Assembly (NCBI GenBank): GCA_964535845.1 | Contig: CAZHTO010000001.1 | Span: 1-36,481, forward strand | DNA: 36,481 nucleotides | Direction: 5' to 3' | Source: an uncultured Demequinaceae bacterium | GTDB lineage: Bacteria > Actinomycetota > Actinomycetes > Actinomycetales > Demequinaceae | In this document: positions 30,820 through 36,481 of the stretch, one piece after another | How the letters are laid out: every line of letters starts with the position of its first letter | How positions within the stretch are numbered: the first letter of the stretch is position 1 | Notes under the pieces: model-generated | Seen by the model: the letters and a program-made list of their open reading frames with translations, nothing else | The model's database searches: none | Told to the model about the DNA's origin: nothing | Program-made: the position numbers and the translations under genes

Positions 30820-31586
30820 CGCACTTCCACCCCTGCTTGGCGCATGGCAGCCTTCACCTCAGCAATGCTAAGCGTGCCAAAGTGGAAAACACTCGCGGCA
30901 AGCACTGCGTCGGCTCCCGCCTGGGCAGCTTCGACAAAGTGTTGGGCAGTGCCCGCGCCGCCTGAGGCGATGAGAGGGATGTCAACAACAGCCCGGACCT
31001 CTCGCAACATGTCCAGATCGAATCCTGACGTGGTGCCGTCTGCATCCATCGAGTTGAGCAAGATCTCGCCTGCCCCTAGGGCAGCGACGCGCTGTGCCCA
31101 CTCAACGGCATCGATACCGGTACCTTGCCTGCCTCCATGGGTTGTGACCTCATAGCCCGATGGCGTGGTCGTGCCGTCTTGGCAACGCCGGGCGTCAATG
31201 GAGATGACCAGCACTTGACTGCCAAATCGGGCCGCGATTTCTGATACCAGCTCGGGCCGCGCAATAGCCGCAGTGTTGACACCCACCTTGTCGGCCCCTG
31301 CCCGTAACAGACGATCGACATCCGCTGTAGAGCGCACACCACCTCCGACGGTGAGCGGAACGAACACCTCGTCTGCCGTGCGACTCACCACGTCGTAGGT
31401 GGTCTCGCGGTTGCTCGCTGACGCAGACACATCGAGGAAGGTGACTTCGTCTGCCCCTGCCGCACCGTAGGCACGGGCAAGCTCCACGGGATCTCCCGCA
31501 TCCCGAAGGTTGACGAAGTTCACTCCTTTAACCACTCGACCGGCATCGACGTCTAGACATGGAATCACTCGTACTGCGGTGCTCAT
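30816..31586 (-). CDS. hisF: Imidazole glycerol phosphate synthase cyclase subunit
   Basis: [30 protein letters not shown] and IASGGAG motifs. Start at ATG 31586. Confidence 0.97.
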   Translation of the reverse strand: MSTAVRVIPCLDVDAGRVVKGVNFVNLRDAGDPVELARAYGAAGADEVTFLDVSASASNRETTYDVVSRTADEVFVPLTVGGGVRSTADVDRLLRAGADKVGVNTAAIARPELVSEIAARFGSQVLVISIDARRCQDGTTTPSGYEVTTHGGRQGTGIDAVEWAQRVAALGAGEILLNSMDADGTTSGFDLDMLREVRAVVDIPLIASGGAGTAQHFVEAAQAGADAVLAASVFHFGTLSIAEVKAAMRQAGVEVR

Positions 31587-32524
31587 TCGACCTCCTGGTT
31601 CCATACGTCGAGGATGTCGACGACTATCACCATGCTGCCGCGCTCGGGGTATCCGAGAGCCGACGGCACAACCATTAACACTCGTGAGCCTTCTGTTTGG
31701 TCAAGTAGGCCCTGTTGTAGCCCGGGCACTACGGCAGCCGTATCCATATCTAGAAAGAGCGGCTCACGCGCAGCCTCCCACGAAGTGTCGAACACATCGC
31801 CTGCTTGCCACGTCTCATCTTCATCAAGGCTCACGTCTTGATCGGCTGGACTGTCTTCGTTGTACACCATCGTGTAGTTCACGACCAGTCGGGAAGTGGG
31901 TCGCACCTGCGTTCCGCCGCCATTGATGAGTGTGGACACCCGCAGTTCGGTGCTGATCTCGCGGTCGGGGTCGAGCGACACCATGGGTTCACCCTCAACA
32001 CCGAGTTTCACGGTGGGCATACCCGCTATGGGCTGCCGCTCCTCGCCGGTCGCGGTGGTAGGCAATACGTCAACAACGAGCGCAATCGGCTCGTGCTCGG
32101 CCTCACCTTCACCGGGCGGCGACACTATAAGTACGCGTGCACCAACGCGCACGTAGCGCAACGCTTCGTAAATGCGCTCACCCACGATCTCGGGGGCCAT
32201 GAGGAAGGGCTCGGGAGACCCGTCGAAGGTATTGCGGATCACGGTGCCATCCACCAGGGACTCTGCATAGATGTCGAGCAAGAGTGGCTGGCCGTCAACG
32301 ATGAGATCACCGTCGCCCTCCCACAGCACCTGGGTTTGCTCCTCGACATACGTCAGGCCTTGCTCGACCTCGATGTCCGGCGCGAGGGTTGATGACTGCA
32401 CCACAGTCACCCGGCTGATGTCACCCGAGTGGCTAGGAGTCACGTCCGGACTCGCGTCATCAGTGGTGCACGCCGATAGCGCCAGCACGCAAGCGCACGC
32501 GAGCGCAACAGCGGTGGAACGCAT
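31583..32524 (-). CDS. FKBP-type peptidyl-prolyl isomerase-like lipoprotein (two domains)
   Basis: Lipobox LSAC; [29 protein letters not shown] and IVVDIL motifs; syntenic downstream of pafA. Confidence 0.85.
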   Translation of the reverse strand: MRSTAVALACACVLALSACTTDDASPDVTPSHSGDISRVTVVQSSTLAPDIEVEQGLTYVEEQTQVLWEGDGDLIVDGQPLLLDIYAESLVDGTVIRNTFDGSPEPFLMAPEIVGERIYEALRYVRVGARVLIVSPPGEGEAEHEPIALVVDVLPTTATGEERQPIAGMPTVKLGVEGEPMVSLDPDREISTELRVSTLINGGGTQVRPTSRLVVNYTMVYNEDSPADQDVSLDEDETWQAGDVFDTSWEAAREPLFLDMDTAAVVPGLQQGLLDQTEGSRVLMVVPSALGYPERGSMVIVVDILDVWNQEVE

Positions 32525-32558
32525 GGGGGCCCCTTTCGAGGAACGCGGGAGTAGCCTT

Positions 32559-33968
32559 CTATTCTACGGTCGGTTTGACAGCTTCCAGCGCGGTGAGTAA
32601 ACGGTCGACCCGCTCGTCAGTATTGCGGAATGGGTCTTTGAGTAGCACTGTGCTCTTCGCTCCCCCGGCGATTTTGAGGTGGACCCAATCGACCGTGAAG
32701 TCCTGACCTGCTGCCAATGCGGCTTTGACAAACTCTCCACGTAAATGCGCACGGGTAGTGGCGGGCGCGGTCGAGCGTGCGAGTTCGATCTGTTCATCGC
32801 TGACAACGGTCGCGGCAAGTCCATCCGCAACCAGCCGGTTGAAAACGCCGCGGGTGGGAGAAATATCGTGGTACGCCAACTCGAGCCGAGCGAGCCGCGG
32901 GTCGTCTAACGCACATCCGAGCCGGCCGCGATAGCGCTCAATCAGTTTCAGTTTGATTGCCCAGTCGATCTCGGTGTCGATTAGCGTGGGGTCTTGGTCG
33001 CGGACCGCACGAATAGCCCTGTCCCATAAGTCGATAATGCGCTCGACTTCAGCGGTGGATTCGATAATGCCACCCACATGCTTGCGCACAAGATCAAGAT
33101 ACTGCTGCTGAATCTCGACCGCAGTCAGCGATGCACCTGCGGCAGTTTCCACTTGCGCACGCCCGGTGACGTCGTGAGCCACGTCCCGGATCGCCTGCAT
33201 TTCTTTGGCAAGGGTGAGATTAGGCAGTTGCACATGGGCTTCCATGAGCCGCAAGAGCAGGTCGGTCGACCCCACTTTGAGAAGCGTGGTCGTCTCTGAC
33301 ATTGACGAGTCGCCCACGATCACGTGCATACGGCGGTACAACTCCGCATTCGCGTGCGGCTCATCACGAGTGTTGATCATGGGGCGCGAGCGTGTCGTTG
33401 CCGAACTCAGACCCTCCCACATGTGGTCAGCGCGCGGCGAGAAACTGTAATGCGCCCCCTGTGGCGTTCGAGTAATACAACCTGCACCTGTCACGATTTG
33501 TCGCGTGACAAAAAACGGCAACAGGGCCGATGCGAAAGCTCGGTAGTCTGCCCGCCGCCTGACGAGGTAGTTCTCGTGACAGCCGTACGAGTTGCCAGCG
33601 GAGTCAGTGTTGTTTTTGTAAAGATAGATAGTCCCTGGCACACCCATATCGGACAAGCGCTGCTCGCCTTCGCTCACAAGATCGTGAACGATGCGCTCTC
33701 CGGCTTTGTCTGAGGCAATCAAGTCTGTGATCGAGTCGCATTCGGCCGTGGCGTACTCGGGGTGAGCACCGACGTCGATATACAGCCTCGAGGCGTTAGG
33801 CAAAAAGACATTCGAGGACCGTCCCCACATCACCACGGAGTGGAAAAGGTGACCTGCAACTTCTTCGGGGGTCACGGCTCTTGCGTTCGGCGCGTCAAGA
33901 TGTAGCCCGAACTCGGTCTCCAGGCCAAAGATACGTCGCTCAGGAGCAACGTCGAGCGGTGGCGGCAC
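32559..33968 (-). CDS. pafA: Pup-protein ligase
   Basis: RRIFGLETEFG, HPEYATAEC, KNNTDSAGNSYGCHEN, SATTRSRP and DEPHA motifs. Confidence 0.96.
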   Translation of the reverse strand: MPPPLDVAPERRIFGLETEFGLHLDAPNARAVTPEEVAGHLFHSVVMWGRSSNVFLPNASRLYIDVGAHPEYATAECDSITDLIASDKAGERIVHDLVSEGEQRLSDMGVPGTIYLYKNNTDSAGNSYGCHENYLVRRRADYRAFASALLPFFVTRQIVTGAGCITRTPQGAHYSFSPRADHMWEGLSSATTRSRPMINTRDEPHANAELYRRMHVIVGDSSMSETTTLLKVGSTDLLLRLMEAHVQLPNLTLAKEMQAIRDVAHDVTGRAQVETAAGASLTAVEIQQQYLDLVRKHVGGIIESTAEVERIIDLWDRAIRAVRDQDPTLIDTEIDWAIKLKLIERYRGRLGCALDDPRLARLELAYHDISPTRGVFNRLVADGLAATVVSDEQIELARSTAPATTRAHLRGEFVKAALAAGQDFTVDWVHLKIAGGAKSTVLLKDPFRNTDERVDRLLTALEAVKPTVE

Positions 33969-34003
33969 CTGTGCTGAGATGCCGTCGGGGAAGCTGGTCG
34001 CGG

Positions 34004-34183
34004 CTACTGCCCGCCCTTCTGCACGAAGGAGCGCACAAACTGCTCAGCGTTGGTCTGCAGCGAATCGTCGATCTCGTCTAGCAGGCTGTCGAGCACATCC
34101 GTGTTCTCTGCCTTCGCGGGGGCCGGCGCGGGTGCGGGCTCGTCGTCCTCGTACGGCTGGCTCGAAGCAAAAGTCTGTGGCAT
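34004..34183 (-). CDS. pup: Prokaryotic ubiquitin-like protein Pup (59 aa, ends GGQ)
   Basis: Manual translation: MPQTFASSQPYEDDEPAPAPAPAKAENTDVLDSLLDEIDDSLQTNAEQFVRSFVQKGGQ. Below the ORF-track cutoff. Confidence 0.97.
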   Translation of the reverse strand: MPQTFASSQPYEDDEPAPAPAPAKAENTDVLDSLLDEIDDSLQTNAEQFVRSFVQKGGQ

Positions 34184-34192
34184 TGAGCCAGT

Positions 34193-35716
34193 CTATCCCC
34201 GTTCGAGCTCCTCCAAGAGGGGGTGCGACGTGACGAAGGGGTCATCGAGGTGAAGCACTTCGAGCTTGCCGTGGCTGGTCTCACGGTCAAGTACCACGGT
34301 CGACCACCCCGCAGCATCCACCAGCTGCGGATATTGGCCCACAAAAGCACCGCGCACCGCGGCTCGCGTCGACTGTGGCGGTGAGTGCATCGCTTTAGCC
34401 ACCTCCGCATCGTCCGCAATCCGTGTCACGGCTCCTGCCTTAATCAATCGAGTAGCCCAGCCGTCACCCAGCCTGCTCCACTGCACATCGAGCGCAGCCA
34501 GCCGCACATCCGACCACGGCAGTAACTCAACGTTGCCATCTGCATCGGTGACCGAATTCTTGCTGCGTAGCCGTCCAAGGAGTTGCAACTTGGCTACCCA
34601 CTCCACGTCACGCGCGGCTAAGAAAATGTCGTGCCCTAAAGCCATCAAGACGGATTCCCACCTGGCGATAACTTGCGCATCGTCAGCAGTGGTTGCATAG
34701 TCGCGGCTGATTTCGAGTAGCGCCTGCTGGATCTCAATTGCGGTTGCCTGCTCACCTGACACCAACTCGAGTTTCTGTTGAAGCGTCAGGTCACGGGACA
34801 CGTGCGCCACTGCCGCGACCGGGTCTGCCAACACAAGAGACTCGAGACGCTCGTCGTCTGCCTCGATTGCAGACAACACCAAGGAAGTGGAGCCCACCTT
34901 GAGGTAGTTAGGCACGTCGAAACAGTTGGCATCCCCCACAATGACGTGAAGCCGGCGCCACTGACGACGGTCTGCGTGCGGTTCGTCGCGGGTATTAATA
35001 ATTGGCCTGCGAAGCGTGGTCTCGAGACCGATCTCTGTTTCGATGTAGTCGGCACGTTGCGAAATTTGGAAACCGGGCTCGTCTGCTCGTTGCCCAAGGC
35101 CCACCCGTCCAGCCCCCACCACAATCGGTCGGGTCACGAGATGACTAGTGAGCAGTTGCGCAAGCCGATTGAAGTCGATGTCACGGCGCACCAAGAAGTT
35201 CTCGTGGGTGCCGTAACTGGCACCTTTTCCGTCCACGTTGTTCTTGTATAACTCGACACGAGAGTCTTCTTCTGTCGCGTAGCGCTCCGCAGCCGCGAGC
35301 GCGATTGCGTCACCGGCGCGGTCCCACACGACAGCCTCACGGGCAGAGGCCACTTCGGGGCCTGAGTACTCCGGGTGGGCGTGGTCAACATAGAAGCGTG
35401 CGCCGTTACCCAACACCGCATTGAGGTGGGCAGGGTCTTCCCACGACCCCCGCCGTCTGCGCAATGACATGAGCCCATGCTGAGGGTCCCACTCATGCGC
35501 GTCGGTCAGCATGTCAGCACCGGCAGTTGCACGGTCACGACGATGGCCACGCTGGTCTTGCAGAGGGTCTTCACCCCCGTAATCCCATGGCGCGCTCCGG
35601 CCGTCGGCCCACAACCGGCATGCATTCACGAGCCGTGAGGACATCAGAATGGGATTTTGTGCACTCCCAGAAGCGTCTGCGATGCCGTACTCAGTTTCGA
35701 TGCCAACGATTCGCAC
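34193..35716 (-). CDS. dop: Pup deamidase/depupylase
   Basis: GIETEYG, NGARFYVDHAHPEYS, KNNVDGKGASYGTHEN and RPIINTRDEPH motifs. GTG 35716. Confidence 0.95.
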   Translation of the reverse strand: MRIVGIETEYGIADASGSAQNPILMSSRLVNACRLWADGRSAPWDYGGEDPLQDQRGHRRDRATAGADMLTDAHEWDPQHGLMSLRRRRGSWEDPAHLNAVLGNGARFYVDHAHPEYSGPEVASAREAVVWDRAGDAIALAAAERYATEEDSRVELYKNNVDGKGASYGTHENFLVRRDIDFNRLAQLLTSHLVTRPIVVGAGRVGLGQRADEPGFQISQRADYIETEIGLETTLRRPIINTRDEPHADRRQWRRLHVIVGDANCFDVPNYLKVGSTSLVLSAIEADDERLESLVLADPVAAVAHVSRDLTLQQKLELVSGEQATAIEIQQALLEISRDYATTADDAQVIARWESVLMALGHDIFLAARDVEWVAKLQLLGRLRSKNSVTDADGNVELLPWSDVRLAALDVQWSRLGDGWATRLIKAGAVTRIADDAEVAKAMHSPPQSTRAAVRGAFVGQYPQLVDAAGWSTVVLDRETSHGKLEVLHLDDPFVTSHPLLEELERG

Positions 35717-35717
35717 G

Positions 35718-36481
35718 TTAGCCCTCGCGAAGGGAGCTCGAGGCCACGGCTTTAGCTTCGCTGAGTTCTTGGTCGCACGCCGCATCAATATGGTCGATCC
35801 CAATGCCGCGCTCGCCACCGGCGATCAACGTCTTGATCGCGCGCGTCTTGGCGCGATCGACAGCATTGCGCACCAATGCACCCGACATATACCTGCCGTT
35901 ATCTGGGTCCGCATAGAGCCGGTCCACGGCACGTTCGATAAGCCTCGCGGCCGCGGCCTGACGGTCCCCTCCTGCCTCTTCGAGCACAGATTCGGCAAGT
36001 GGCAATGCTGGCGTGAGGTACTTCGAGAAGATATCCCGCGCAGAGGCAGCATCCGGGCGCGAGATCTCAATCTTGACGTCAAGCCGACCTGGCCGAAGAA
36101 TCGCAGGGTCGAGCATGTCTTCGCGGTTGGAGGCACCAATCACAATGACGTTGCCCAGTCGTTCGATGCCATCAAGCTCCGTCAGCAACTGGGGAACGAT
36201 CGTCGTTTCCATATCCGAACTGACTCCCGAACCACGCGACCGGAACAAAGCTTCCATCTCATCAAAGAACACCACGACTGGGCTACCCTCAGAGGCTTTA
36301 GCTCGTGCGCGCTCGAAAATCGTGCGGATGTACCGTTCAGTTTCACCCACGTACTTGTTTAGAAGCTCTGGTCCCTTGACCGACAAAAAGTACGACCGGT
36401 CCGCACCCACCGCATCGGCCAGTGAATGTGCGACTGCCTTCGCGATGAGCGTCTTGCCACAGCCAGGTGGGCCGTAGAGCA
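35718..36481 (-). CDS. arc: ARC/Mpa AAA+ ATPase, 3' part (runs off the right edge)
   Basis: [42 protein letters not shown] and RPGRLDVKI motifs; directly upstream of dop. Confidence 0.95.
   Translation of the reverse strand, partial: LYGPPGCGKTLIAKAVAHSLADAVGADRSYFLSVKGPELLNKYVGETERYIRTIFERARAKASEGSPVVVFFDEMEALFRSRGSGVSSDMETTIVPQLLTELDGIERLGNVIVIGASNREDMLDPAILRPGRLDVKIEISRPDAASARDIFSKYLTPALPLAESVLEEAGGDRQAAAARLIERAVDRLYADPDNGRYMSGALVRNAVDRAKTRAIKTLIAGGERGIGIDHIDAACDQELSEAKAVASSSLREG

Overview
Core-genome segment of a high-GC Gram-positive actinobacterium (gene order and protein motifs fit Micrococcales; GC is moderate, about 60% by eye). Left to right: 5' end of rpsA; a divergent teichoic-acid pair (TagD-like cytidylyltransferase / TagF-like glycerophosphotransferase); pfkA; polA; a PaaI thioesterase; a Liv-type ABC importer with a convergent binding lipoprotein; the ANTAR response regulator PdtaR; tRNA-Leu(CAA); mgsA; then a long minus-strand run of pyk, gltD, gltB, lgt, trpA, trpB, trpC, a small membrane protein, trpE, hisI, a heterodimeric ABC exporter, hisF, an FKBP lipoprotein, pafA, pup (missed by the ORF track), dop and the 3' part of arc. 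I see no mobile element, CRISPR or prophage. The most unusual item is a reduced pupylation system: there are no prcBA genes between pup and pafA, no pafBC/tatAC/helY downstream, the operon is coupled to hisF, and ARC appears to have lost both parts of the beta-grasp region and the GQYL docking tail. Other candidates are PHO-box-like repeats over the divergent tag promoters, an ANTAR-type hairpin in the gltB leader, and several leaderless promoters. All calls come from reading motifs by eye; no database search was run.
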